A stretch of 59,875 nucleotides of DNA, filler included, from Sphacelaria rigidula (lineage: Eukaryota), in the NCBI GenBank assembly GCA_964200075.2. It is 7 parts of 7 records of this genome, joined end to end, with 100 filler letters (N's around TTAATTAATTAA, not from the genome) between each part and the next. Parts side by side here need not be neighbours in the genome. Positions count along the whole stretch, not along the records: positions 34,277 to 42,743 come from CAXNAA020011040.1; positions 42,844 to 51,309 come from CAXNAA020011041.1; 5 more parts are not named here. One strand, given 5' to 3'. The notes under the pieces were generated by a model. It ran no database searches. It was not told where the DNA came from and saw only the letters and a list, made by a program, of their open reading frames with translations. Both the position numbers and the translations under genes were made by a program. Positions 37,201-50,400 of this stretch are shown in pieces; the first letter of the stretch is position 1; every line of letters begins with the position of its first letter.

Positions 37201-38285
37201 AGGTTTGCAGTAGTCGCGGAACACAGTGCTGACATAGTCCCCGCCGTTTTCCGAATGTAGACGTTGTACCCGTAGACCGAGTGGAATGGCGAGGTCTTGA
37301 ACGAACCGTACCAGAGAAGAAAGGGCGTCACTTTTCCTCTCGAGGAAGTAGACGGCCTTGAGCGTGAAGTAATGATCGGTAAACTTGGCCATGTACTGGT
37401 AGCCACCGATCGCAGTTGGAGTGACGGGCCCTAGAAGGTCCGTGCTGACGATTAAAGTTGTTGCGTGGCGCTTGTGCTCCTGGTTTTGGGATGATTCCGC
37501 TGTGTGCTTTTGTTCATCATGCACGTCCCGCACGCTGAAAAGGACTCGGAAAACGTGACCCCGCTCTCTTTTATCCGCCCGACTTGCTGTAGCACTTGGG
37601 CATTGGGATGTCCGAATCGCTGATGCCACGTGTCGGCCATCGATGTAGCCGTTGAGGTGGCACATGCTGTTTCCTTTTCCGTGTCCTGGATCAAAGAGGC
37701 ACTGGATGCTATATTCGCTCTTTCAGGCGGCAGATTTGCACCGGAGACGGTTATAAAACCGTGTTGAGTGCAGATGCTGTCCGGTGCGATAGCCAGATCA
37801 AAGTAGTACATGGTGGTGCAGGAGCTGTCGTGTCGAAGAGGCAGCTTGAAGTTTCCCATTCTAATGAAAGAGAAATCATCAAAAACCAATGACATCTCTC
37901 TTTACACTGCTGTTCCTCCCGAGAACAGGTGACGACCCATTCGTGGGGCGATGGTGAAGGGCAGCAGGACCTTGTGCTCGGCCCCGGTTTGGTCCCGTGT
38001 GACGACCTTCATTTTTCCTCTGCCGGTGCCGTGGAGGTTTCCCTTGCCGGTGATGTTGATGACGATCGGCGGGTCGTACTTCTGATACTCGATCATCCGG
38101 TGCTGAAGATTGGGAAGCAAGTCAGAGTCGCCAAAGTGGTTGCTGGCGCCGGTGTCGACAGTCATGGTGAAGCGCGAAGGAGCAGCGGCGGTGTTCAGGC
38201 TGCTGGTGGCGACGAAGGAAAAACCCATCAAAGGGTACGACATATCTACCATAGGGTGTGCACTTGTGTCGTTTTTCGTCATCAT
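34277..38285 (-). mobile_element. Ty1/copia LTR retrotransposon: PR-IN-RT-RH plus partial 3' LTR; gag and 5' LTR missing
   Basis: VDTGASNH protease, WHQRFGH..CGTC, integrase (STDLLGP, TPQQNGILER), RT (KARVVVQG, DVQTAFLNG, SLYGLSQ, FVDD), RNase H (YSDAS, STSEAE, ADLCTK); PPT TTGAGGGGGAG then TGTTG LTR start at 34511; stops at 37902 and 36883-36888 plus one frameshift. Confidence 0.96.
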
Positions 38286-39014
38286 TCATCACATAGTGAT
38301 GAAGCGTTTTTGTAGTTAGAACATGACGATATAGACGGGGCATGGACAACAGTTTGGCCGATGGGTGCGACCCACTACAGCCGCCAGCGCTGTAGTTGCA
38401 GCCAACGAGGGGCCGCAAGAAGTGATGAGGAGTAACTGCGCTACGAAATCAAGCATCTGAGCAAGTGGAATCTCCTCATTTCATCCGGTGAGTGGCAAGG
38501 TCGGTGCCCCCAGCGGCAGGTGTACACTCTATAGATAGCAGTCGGCACCCGCATGCCCCTGCCGAGAAGCGAGTGCATCCAAGTCCCTGTGATCAAAGGC
38601 CTGCAACGCCTGCGCCATCCCGCTCTGTATATAGTTGGCCGATGCTGTGCAAAATCTGGGGACAATCGACCCGTGCAGTGTGGAGAATGGCGTGTAATCT
38701 TGAAATTAAACCCTGCAGGATCTTGCGGCATCATCCACGACCCTGCCAAACGGTGAAACGAGACCTCATTTTCGCTAGTTTGCAGGCACGAGAAGTGCAG
38801 CCGTATCGTGCTGCGTTTATGTGCTAGATTGTGAGGGCACAAGTTGTGCAGGCTTCATGTCTTTGTAGACTTCGTGTCGTGAACCGTGTATGTGTGTTGT
38901 ATCGCTTACCATTTGTATTGCGGTGAAGTGGTCCGTCTATGTAGTGCTGTAGTGTACTGTCATGTTCTGTACTGTACTTTACTGTTGTACTACAGGTGCT
39001 GCACCAAACATGGA

Positions 39015-39185
39015 GGGCAATTGCCGAAAGGCCGGTATACCGCTCGCATTTTCGCCAAATTCCGGTATAGCTCAATCAAGATGCACTTCAGAAATACAAC
39101 GTGCGCTGCCACCTGATTGATGAAATCACGCCGCCAACGGACTCTGGCAAAAATGCAAGCGGTATAACGGTTTTGGCAATTGCCC
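39015..39185. mobile_element. 171-bp MITE with about 50-bp TIRs (PIF/Harbinger-like ends)
   Basis: GGGCAATTGCCGAAAGGCCGGTATACCGCTCGCATTTTCGCCA pairs with TGGCAAAAATGCAAGCGGTATAACGGTTTTGGCAATTGCCC. Confidence 0.75.
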
Positions 39186-42100
39186 AAATAGCGACCAAAG
39201 CGTCGCCGACTCTGCGCGATAGCACCGAAGGTATGTGCTCACGACATCGCGCCGTACATGTCCCACGCTTTCCGATCCATGTCGGTGCATGTCCACGGGA
39301 GTTGATTGTTGCTATCGTTCGCCCAATTCAGGTGTGAATGGTCTCCTCTATGGAACATGCAGGACATTCTTGAGCACTGATTTACGCACATCCGAGCTGG
39401 GCTGGGTTCGCGCAGGAACCCGACGAAAGAGCAGGCCATGTCCGCAGTGCGCTATGGCAACTTGGTGGGTACCTTTCATGGGGAACAGCGCCAGAATGCA
39501 CCCCGTAGGGACCCGAACCGGGGCAGCATCGACTTCCTGGTTGATCTGGGAGGGACGGGAGCGGTATCGGTGTGGTCTCACCGACGCTGCCGAGGGAAAG
39601 ACGCCGCTAACATCTCCGACTGGGACTGTGTCGCCCATGTGATTGGACCCAGGGGGATGAATTAGATTACACCGGAGTACACGTCCACGTCCCCACGGAC
39701 CAGCAGTCGTAGTGGCAACTTGTGATGGGGGAGGCATCTTGGCCGGCAAGTGCGTTTGGATACGGGTGGAGTTCAAGCATAGTTCGCCATAGCGCGTGGA
39801 GAACGAGTGGGTTGTCGATAAAGCTTTGCCGACGCAATCTGTCTTTTTTTTGGTGATGCCAGGGTCAAGGATTCCATTAGTGTGGTTAGACGACTTTTTA
39901 TGGGGACGAATCTCGATTCTGTCCGGACCCCAATCTGTGAGGAATTGGGGGAATCATGTTTTCTAAAGTCAGATCCGTGGGGACGTCTATTAATCTCACA
40001 TATTTGTGAGGTAGTTTTGTACACGGACGGTCATTTTTTAATGAGTGTGGTATCACGTACTAGTGAGGCCGAAGAAGAGCAGACAGACGGTGAATCAACC
40101 TTCGAGTACAGTGTCGGACAATGGCACTCTCCATCATCACCGTAATATACGGTAATGCCGTGTGGTAGTAAATGATGGCACAGTCGCGGTATTGCGAGAA
40201 AAGTAAACAGTGTGCAACAATGGTTCAGTAGTGCAGTGCCGTAAATCACCCTGCAAGTACAGCGACAACAGAGAAAATAGTATAGTACTGTTGGTTGTGG
40301 TGATACATACGGCAGCGCAGTACAGCTGGATTATTACCATCGCCGCCGAGTGCGGTGTCAACACTTCTTATCCGCTTGTCAAACCCATGCGAAGTTTGTG
40401 CAGTAGCAGGCGGAGAGGCACGGCCTGCGCTGTCGCAAGGCTGTCTGCTGCTATGGTCGCAAAATATCAGACATCTGTTGCCCTGTCGCCGTACGTCACT
40501 GCGCGTACGTCACTGCGTACAGATTGACTGCTACCGAAATAGCCCCCACCCCCGAACCGGCCAAAAACGTGCACGGAGGCGATGGTCATAACTGCCGTTA
40601 AAGCTGGTTTCGTGCTGCACGACGCGACTGATTTGGGCGTAATCGCTGATTTCGGACTGCTACACGCCTCTCATGTGGGCGAAATTGTTGCAAACGAGCC
40701 CAAAAGTGGGATCGCAGCCGGTTCGTTGGATGGTGCTGGTGCGCGTCTTGTGGGTGGGCTATCTCGGCATTAGTCACTTTCCCCCGATTTTTTGCCGAAT
40801 CGGGGGAAAACGTTTTTAATTCGTGACATACTCGGTTTGAGCTTCCCCGATCTGGCCCACATTGGGGTGCGTAAAATGCGTTTCCCCATTTGAGGTTACC
40901 CGATCTACGTACAGGTCGAAATTTGGTGATTGCCAGTAAAACCAGTCTTACCCCTCGCGCCTGCAGCAAAAGATCAGCTTATAGCTGCCCAAGTCGGCTA
41001 CGTTATGATGAATGGAGTACACCGGGAAGTTGCGGGCCGTGGTTGACTCTCTGTTTCTTTCTGTTGAACGCGGCTCCATCGTTGATGCTTATTGTGCATC
41101 TCGCTCTACGTTTCCGTGTCTGTAATTTCGTCGGCGACATCGCGAGCATGAGCACGTTGGTATCCCCGCTGTGGCCGGTGTTACCTCCGTAGACTTATTT
41201 TGATTCTTGCTTGGCCGCCTGATGCCACTGGCTATGTCCAAGAGGTGAAACACACGTAGAAAACCGCTTCGTTGGTCCTGCAGGGTCATCTCACGCCGGT
41301 AAAGAGGCTGAGGCGGGTGTTTGCACCTTGAAATTACTTGCCACGGTTGCTGACACGCTCCGTAGACACGGTTTCGTTTTCCGGTTGCGATTACTTTTAC
41401 GATTGCGTTTCCATCATCAAACGATCACGTCGACAAGAACCTGGCAGTTTCGTGTTGCATATTCTTTGTCGGCTCCAATGTTGTCCACAAAAACGTTGTG
41501 GGAAGGAAATCAACTGCTGCCATCTGAAGATTCCGGGGTGTATTGGCGCAGTCTTTTTTTCGGGGCAATATCTGCCTTCGAGGTAAGCCAGCCTCGGACT
41601 GGATGTGCGCGGTGCAGGTCCATACTTACTTCACATTCGAGGGTCGGAATTACAAATTCGACGTACAGAACGGGCACCGCGTGATAGCTGAAATGGTTCG
41701 GGCTATGAACACTTCGTTTCGCCATGAGTTAGGCGACGCAAATGAGATTCCTTCTTCACGACAATATCCGAAAATCATGAAACAATTAGTAACATATATA
41801 TATATATGTATATGTATATATTGTCAAACTCTCTTCATTCTCCGCGCCAAATGTCAGAATCTGAACCTCAAGGTGGAGATGATGATGGGCGCTTCACAGC
41901 GTGGATATGCCGATTTTCGAAACGGTTTTATGTAGGCCACGCACTAGCCCCGGTTTTGTAATCGTTCTTTGACATGCTATCTGGAGAATCGCTAGGGCGT
42001 GGTAAACATGAACGAAAATGACCCACATGAGTGATTTTTCATGAGTTGGGGACCTCCTAGTGTAGCAATGATAGTGTAATGCCGATGACGTTCTTAGCTC

Positions 42101-42435
42101 ACGAAGCAACACCCCAAAAATGAAGACTCGCCTGGACGGTGTTTACCATGTGCCCTTGCGATTCGCCCAACGAAGTTTTGACAAGCAGGGAAACTGATTT
42201 GAGTGAAAAAAGCTATGCACATTAATCACGAAGCTATCCTTCGCTCAAATTTCCATGCCCCTCAACCCTCCCTTTATGTATTGCCTCCAACATCCCCTGC
42301 TAGAGTTGAAAGTACCGCCAGTTTTCTGACACTCGAAAGTGAAATTTAGTGCGTGTTGTGTGCGTGCACGTGAGATGTTGAGCCAAATGTGAAAAAAAAT
42401 ATGAACGCCATATCCCGAGGGAAGTAAAGGAGTTA

Positions 42436-42516
42436 GGTGCAGGCGCGGGTATCGATCCTTCGCTCGTGCTGCAGGAAAAAATTAACGCCAACAGTCATCA
42501 CTCGCTATACGCGCCG
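42436..42516 (-). mobile_element. Degenerate tRNA-derived SINE head
   Basis: Minus strand GGCGCGTATAGCGAGTGATG (A-box-like) ... GGATCGATACCC (B-box-like). Confidence 0.35.
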
Positions 42517-42743
42517 ATAGTGGTTCAGAATAGACTTGAGTTATAGTTCATCTCCGCACGTATGTAGTGTTACACCAAGAAGAGAAACCAAGATTGTTTG
42601 TGTTCGCCGCTTACTCAAGGCATTGTGTATGCTTAAAAGCAATAGCTATTTCACACAATAAACGTGGATGTAACAGCCGATCATCTATGTTGAGGATGGT
42701 GCTTTTCATTGAGGATGAGAACCCGGAGGTTTAATATCTTCGT

Positions 42744-42843
42744 NNNNNNNNNNNNNNNNNNNNNNNNNNNNNNNNNNNNNNNNNNNNTTAATTAATTAAN
42801 NNNNNNNNNNNNNNNNNNNNNNNNNNNNNNNNNNNNNNNNNNN
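42744..42843. other. Artificial contig linker
   Basis: N44-TTAATTAATTAA-N44. Confidence 0.99.
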
Positions 42844-43957
42844 CAGACTGTAATGCGGTACAGTCTACAAGCAGTGATCAGCCTGGAGTACAGTATACAG
42901 AAAATAGTTGAGCATGACAAATGCTGCGTGAAATCATTCATATCACTTCGCAATTCCGTTTCTGTTTCCAGTCTGCGCGCTCAACGTGTTCGATCAGCGT
43001 CCGATGTCCGACAACACACAAAACAATCGCATCTCATATCACCAGCCAATGTGATCTTGCCCTCCTGTACTGTACATCGCGGTCAGTTGAATTCACGACT
43101 TTTACTCCATGCAGTTTGGAACACAAGTAGCTGTGCACACAAGGCAACATGTCTGTATAACGCAACATCTCTCGTCGAAGTTATCTCGAGTCAAAAATGG
43201 AAGTTCAACTACCGTAGATGACGGAATATGACACCCCCTTCTACAGTCAAGGGGATCATATCATTCTGCAGTGGAGAAGGGAAAAAACAAAGTCTCAAAC
43301 AGGTGAGAATCAAAGTAGGGCACACATATAACACTCCAAAATCACACTTGCGCTCCGTCTCATTACAAAGCGATCAGGGCGTGATGTTGAATGGAAAAGC
43401 AAACCAACACGAAACATCAACCGGCCGACATGTCAACTACGCAATGACGGTAGATGACGGAATATAACACGCCTACACGACGAAATATGAAATCACATCC
43501 ATACCCTTGGGGTGTACATGTATGAAAGATACTGCATAGATGGGCAGGGCATAACAGTGATCCAACAAACAGGGGATAAAAGGGACGGGCAAAATATTGC
43601 CGACAAAAAAAAACAATCTGACTGTAATCCTGCAAAATGAATCTTCATCTCCACCTAGTATGGCGTTGTATAACACCCCCACTCCAATAGAAGCGAGGAC
43701 ATACCACACTCTACAAAGCAAAAAAATACACAAACCGACTCGCAAACTAGAATAGAATGACCACCTATGATAACAAAACATTCTTGAAGTCATCCTACTC
43801 TTCAATCCTCGTGGTTCTATAAACAATTCGATGTCAAATCGAAGGAAAAATTTAAAAGGGAAAACGTGCCTTCTTGAGCACTGCCACTCGTGTTGAAGTA
43901 GGAGCTTGGACAGCTGATGACGTTGATGACGTTGGCGTCCCGGAAGTGGCTTGTTCA

Positions 43958-44328
43958 TTGGCGTTCGGATGCTAGAGTGGGTGACGCGCGTGCCGAGGGA
44001 ATACTACCGCTGCCGGTCTTGGGTACCTCTTACTGATGCTCCGCTTAGCTCAAATATACAAGATGAAGATGAATTTATGCCTTCTGGAATATAAGCTGGG
44101 AAGCTCTGATGTTGTTGTCCTTGATAAAGCTGAGAACCTCTGATGCTGTGTACTTGATAAAGCTGAGAAGCTCTGATGTTGTTGTCCTTGATAAAGCTGA
44201 GAAGCTCTGATGATGTGTCCTTGATAAAGCTGCTCACTGGCGTTTGGATGCTAGAGTTGTTGGTGACGCGCGTGCCGAGGGGTGTTTCCGCTGCCGGTCT
44301 TGGGTACCTTTCTGCTCCAGTTAGCTCT
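43958..44328. repeat. About 90-bp direct repeats enclosing a 33-34 bp minisatellite (x4)
   Basis: TGGCGTT(C/T)GGATGCTAGAGT...CCGCTGCCGGTCTTGGGTACCT twice; CTCTGATG.TG.TGT.CTTGATAAAGCTGAGAA repeated at 44095-44232. Confidence 0.85.
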
Positions 44329-44463
44329 TGTGGCGCTGTGATGCTGTCCGTTGATGATGTTGTCCTTCTTGTTGTCTGCGGCGTATGCGCGTTTCGATGC
44401 CTCGTTGTGAAATCCTTCTAAATCTCCTTCTGCGGCTGCGTAGCCTGATTCAAGCCTACTACT

Positions 44464-47400
44464 TGTAAATCCCTACCAGTCGGTACATGAGCCTTGGCCC
44501 AGGTTTACGTGCTAGCATAATAGAAAGCCTCATGCACCGGGTGCGTTGCCGGGGAAGTTGTAGGCCTGCCGTGGCCAGTTGAGACCAGATATCATTTATA
44601 TAATTAATGTACCCATATTTGCCCACTCTCACATAACACACACATGCTGAGACCACCCCCGAATCAGAACTGACGAACAACACCACTGCAAGAAGTGGGG
44701 TACTAATTCCTGGGGAAAACGCTCATACAAAATGACATGTCATAATCCCTGATTTTCGGCACGCGAAAAGGCGTGTGCTGCCCCAGCAGATATGCTCTGC
44801 AACCACTACATAGGGTACACCTTGAATAACAGAATGATCTCTTATTCATATTTCCCCTGCACGTCATGATCCAATCTCCATATCTATTTCCTTCGTATCC
44901 AGTCAGATCCTGGAGCATAAGCATAATCGATTATGTCCCAGCTGCTATCCTCAGCCCTGGTTGACTGTACTACCAAGAGCACACCACAGATCAATGAGCT
45001 TACTAGTGAGAAGAAGGGATTCTCTATTTCTACGGAGCGAAATCCAGGTTCCTCTCACAGGGGTTATTCCAAGATTGCAGGTCTGTTCAGAGTTGGTCAG
45101 ATACAAGTGTGAACTCGTATATAGCGAGGGATGATAGTCGTGAAGTCGTCCTCGATGACACAGCGCTACATCCCGACAAAGAAGCTCTTACATCTCCAGT
45201 AAGACTGACTACCTGGGAGAAAGAGTAAGGAAATTAACAATCAAGGAGTGATATTATCGTAACCTATGCGTGAAACTGATTGATACCTAGGGTACGGAAC
45301 AGCAGCGTCTTACGCTGCAGAACTGTTCTTTGCCCCTCAGTTGGCGAGTGAAGTCTCTTGTCCGGCCCTCCTGCCTTGCAGATATGCGTGCTTACCATAC
45401 ACCCAGCCTAACCTTATTACACTGGCGTTTCACCAAGGAGTCTCTTCTGATATTGTGTTTCCTACTAGAACTCAGCTGCTCGCTCTGTCGCAGCTTGTGC
45501 GCGCGGTCAGTCGCGACACGTCTGCAACCCGTATAACTTGTAGTTTTCCTTTTGTTGCGTTCGTCAAATCCTACCTCATTCGGTAGTCAGTTGGTCACTA
45601 CTGTTTGAAGTTTCCCCCCCGTGTGTATTCTGCTTGCGATTTCCGATTCTCGCTGTTCACTACAGCTCTTGTTTGCACGCCTTGTGCTGTGTCAATTGCG
45701 AACGCGTCAACCAACCCGCTTTGCTGTGCACTATTCGGCACACACAAGGATCTACGGTAGTCCGTGTCACAGAACTCCACATCCAAGAGTTGCGGGCTTG
45801 CTCACATTGCTTTGTTGCCGTTCAATCTGCCGACAGGTCTTGTTTTTCCCCCTGTACCGTTGCTACAGAAACACCGCATCGGGTACATCGTTGTGTCATC
45901 GATTTTCTCGTCCGCCCGGTGTGCTCTGCACATCTATCGCACAGCGTCGTACAAGTCTGTTGGACTTTGCACCGTGACCAGCACTCTGCTTTGACTGCTG
46001 AAATTCTATCTTGTGCTTACCGGCATATCGCTTCTCAGAGTACAGACGGCAGGTTGTCCTCGTTTCTACCTGTCGGGCTGTGCGCCACGGCCCCGCACCT
46101 TTTGACTGGGTGCAGAAGTTTTGCGAGTGTCGAAATTCTCTCCTGCTTTTCCCGTCACATCGTTTCCATGACTACAGACAGTGGGTTGCCTTCGTTTCTA
46201 TTTGTTGGACTTTGTGTCACGGTCCCGCACTTTTGACTAGGTGCAGGATTTTTCCGAGTGTTGAAATTTTTCCTGCTTTACCGTCACATCGTTTCCCCGG
46301 GTACACGTGGTAGGTTGTCTTCTTTTCTACCTGTTGACGTTTTGTCACGGTCCCGCATTTTTGACTGGGTGCAGGGTCTTTCCGAGTGTTAAACATTTTT
46401 CCTGCTTTACCGTCACATCGTCTCCCCGGGTACAGGTGGTAGGTTGTCTTCGTTTTTACCTGTTGACTTTGTGTCACGGTCCCGCATTTTTGATTCGGTG
46501 CAGAAATATTCCGAGTGTTGAAATGTTTCCTGTTTTTCCCGGCACGTCGTTTCCCCCGAGTAACGTCGGTAGGTCGTTCTTGTTTATACCTGCTTGACTT
46601 CGCGCTGTGGCACAGCATCTACTGAGTGCAGCATTTTCTCCGCTTTGACCGGCACATCGTCTTCCAGAGTACAGACAGTTGGCTGTCCTTGTTTATACCT
46701 GTTTGACTTTGCGCCGCAGCACGACATTCTACTGAGTGCGGCATTTTTTCTGCTTTGACCGGCACATCGTTTTGCAAAGTACAAACAATAGGCTGTCCCC
46801 GTTTTCACGTACACGTATTATTACAACGATCTAGTGGTGCAGCTCTTACTGTAAGGTCTTTCATCACTGCGTCGAATCATTGTTCCCAAATTGGACCACC
46901 CCTTCAGGCACAAGCACTCTTTCTCCTTTTCAGCGAAACACCTCTGCCCTGCATTCCAGTCAGGACATTCGGGGCATCTGAATCATCTCTACTCCTTCAG
47001 CAGCCTGGCTACTTGCGCTTAAAGGTCGCGTCAAATGTTCCTCGTAGGTTTTTATGTCCGAACAAATCAGCCCCGCTTCCTCTTCCGGCTCGGGAATTAC
47101 GCGGCCCCGCCGTACACGAAGTCAAACTATTATCCGTGCTCGTCACATGAGCAAAGGCGGTGCTTCACCTCTAGCTCTATAACAACAACCTACGAGCGCT
47201 GCTGTATCTACGGGAACCAGCATCCTTCGAAGTCACGACTGCCTCACGACGTAACATTCCGTGACAGGTTGACATCAGACGCTGCTCTTTCTATGGGACT
47301 TGAAGACCGGCAGCCTGCAACGTCAACAATGCCTCACGACGTACCATTCCGTGGCGGCTCTGAGACAGTTGCGGCTGCAACGCCCATGTCCCACGATGTA

Positions 47401-50400
47401 ACATCCCGTGACGATCCGGTACTATCTTGTGCGCAAGCACGCCCCTCGCTGAGGGGTGCTTCTGCGACTGCTGTTCTGGTATCCACGGCCAGGCTGGCGT
47501 CCTCAGACGAGCCCATAGCGGTGGGGCCTCCCCTGGCGCCCAGCTCGAAAAACATTCATCTTTCTCCGTCCCAGCCGAAGCGGCACACTTTCGCCGTCCA
47601 AAATCCTGCCACGGATGTTGCTCCAGTTGGAAGTCCTCACTCCACCACGTCTAGTAGTCCAACGCGTCGCACTCCGTCATCTGAGTCTGGAATCATGGTT
47701 GAGGCCATGATTTCAGCACTTCAGCACTCAATCTATGCCCCACCTGGTTCCGTCAACGACCCTGGCACAAATGTTGTCATGGCACTCAAGGCGTTCTCCG
47801 ACGCCACGACACATACGCAGGCACGCCCCTCTTACACGCAAATTGTCCGCGGGGCTTAAACTAAAGCAATTGCCGCCGTACGTACTGACCCCCCAGTCGC
47901 TACTGCGCGGTTTATACAACCCCTGAGAAAAAGCCAAGATAGGGATAATTCTCGTCCGTCTTCCGCTCTCCAAGGAAGGGGGGGGCGCGCCTCACACCAC
48001 CGTAACTCGACGCGGCGCGTTTGGCGTGACGACGACAGCCATTCTCCCGGGGGTAGCCCAGGGTACAGCCGCCCATCTTCACAAGGTTCGAGGAAATCAC
48101 CCAGCAATAGCCACACAAGTGGTCGTGTCCCGTTCATACGGCACCCGCAGCACCGACAACACATGCGTAATGATCAGACCGTGCATACAGACGACGTAAG
48201 AAATATCCTTCCTGACCTCTCGTCGGACCCAGCTTCCTCGATAGAGAAAACTAGCGATAACTCCACTTATGAGCCCCCGCTCCATAATGGACGAGCATAA
48301 GCTAACCGCGATGTCCCATCCCGCTCTGCTGCTGATGCTGCCACTATCCGTTTGCTACAACAACAGATATCTGATCTGCACCAGCTGATCGAACAGACCG
48401 TGGATTTATCAAAGACATCGGCCACCACTTCTTCGACTGCGGCCACCACGGCGCACAATGCGGCGCCTGCCAACAACACGGCGGCTCTGGCTACCCCACT
48501 TGGCGCCCCAAGCGCCACCGCGGTACCCTCGACCGCCGTGACGGCCGCTCCTGCCGCCGCCACCCCGGTCGCTCATGACAACAATAGGTCTCCGACCACT
48601 GTTACGGCAGCCCCTACCGCCGACACTGCCTCCGTTGGCGGCGCAGCGCCTGACAGGTCCCCGGGCAGGCCGCACACACAGCCACCGCTAACTGCGGAGT
48701 TCTGCCCCACAGGGTATATGGCGGATCTCTTTCTGGAACACGACCGCCAGACTCAGGAGCACATCATAGCTCGTTATCGAGCCGCTACCCCGGCGCCAAC
48801 CCCTCCGCCAACAGCGGTGGTACCGACATCGCGGATTACTCCCTCTTCCAGCGCAGCCGCTGAGAATGCGGTTCGCCTCCTCCGGGAGGAATTCAACACG
48901 AAGCAGGCCAACCTCCAACGTAATGCCACCACCGCCATCGCAGCACACTCCGCTGCCCTTCGGGCCCATGGGGAACACCTGGCGGTCGTCGCGGCCGGCA
49001 AGCGCAAAATAGACGAACTTATGGCCCACATCACCAGGACCGTCAAGCACGCCGCGTTCGCGACGTCATGACTGCCGACCCATAAACCGCGCGGGCGCAC
49101 GCTACGTCCCTCCAGGCCCCCCAATCATCGGGCGCGGCCGCTTCACCATTTACAGGGTACCGGATACCCCGCAAATCAGAAGCCGCCAGCCCTGGTGCGA
49201 TGACGACAAGCGTCCCCTGCCTGTTTCTCTCACCTCACGAGGGCACTTGACTCGTGCATACTGAGCGCGATTTCTTCGCCGACTTCTCGGTGGACCACCC
49301 CCTCCAGAGTTCCAGGGCCGCGTGGACTGCTGTCTACCATCGGGTCTTAAGCGCATTGGGCCTATATATCTGAACCAAGGCGCACAACTTCCGGTGGCCG
49401 ACCCGCATTCCCTCACGCTCGCCCAGCTTGTGGTTCACGCCCAAACAGGTCCCAACGATGGTGCGGATGCTTAGAACAGAGCCGCCTGCAACCTTTTGCA
49501 AGCGTTACGTGACGCGTTTCAGTCCGGTACCTCCGCTGACGCCGACGCCGACGCCGACAACGACGATAACGACGGTGGATGGACCCCAGTCACTGCAAAC
49601 TGTATGCCGCACAACAACTACGGCGACGATGATGACCGCCAGGGTGGCGGACGCGGAGGTCGCCGCGACGGTTCCGGATCCTCCGGTGGCGGACGCAGAG
49701 GATCCAATTCTCGACGGACGATCCGCAGCAAACAGAACCCAAACTGGAAACGTTCGGGATCTGGCTCGTGCGACAGCTCGTCCCGCAATCCCCGTAACCG
49801 GAATGGGTCGCCGACTGATTCGCCATCAGTCAACTTTATCAATGTTAGGCAAACAACCCCTCGTTTAGCTGATGTTTCCCGCGAATTATTAGGTTTGTCT
49901 GACACTGATGACAAAGATCGACCTTTGTCTTCGACCTCGGCCCGCACTTTACCTGCCGCCCCGGCTAGCCAAGCACAGACCGCAGCCCGCGAGGCTGCAG
50001 CAGCTGCTAAGGCTGCGGCTGCTCGGGTAGCTGCTATCCAGAGAGAGTACATACAGATGGATGTCAAGGAACTTTGGCATATGAACACCATGCCCGCAGC
50101 GGACAATGAGGACTCAGGACAGTTCACCTCGACTCATATTCACTCCATTCGTCGCACTGTACACAATATTCTGCAATTGGCAGATCGCACGGGTGCTCAA
50201 CGGTTTGAAGGTGCTGTTTGGGTCGATGGTTGGCAGACACCGTTACATGAGGCCCTATACCGCGCTATCTCTCGCCGCTCGCCTGACCGTGCCTTTTCAC
50301 TGACGCAGATTATCGACGGATTCATCACAGCGATGGATTTGGACCGTGCCTCGGGGAGAACTGGCCCAACGATACTCCGTGATTAGGAGCGGCGTTTGAC

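Noticed and set aside
46019..46820. Repeat-protein ORFs (46217-46618 and overlapping)
   Set aside because: Products of a tandem DNA repeat; the 110-bp units break the frame
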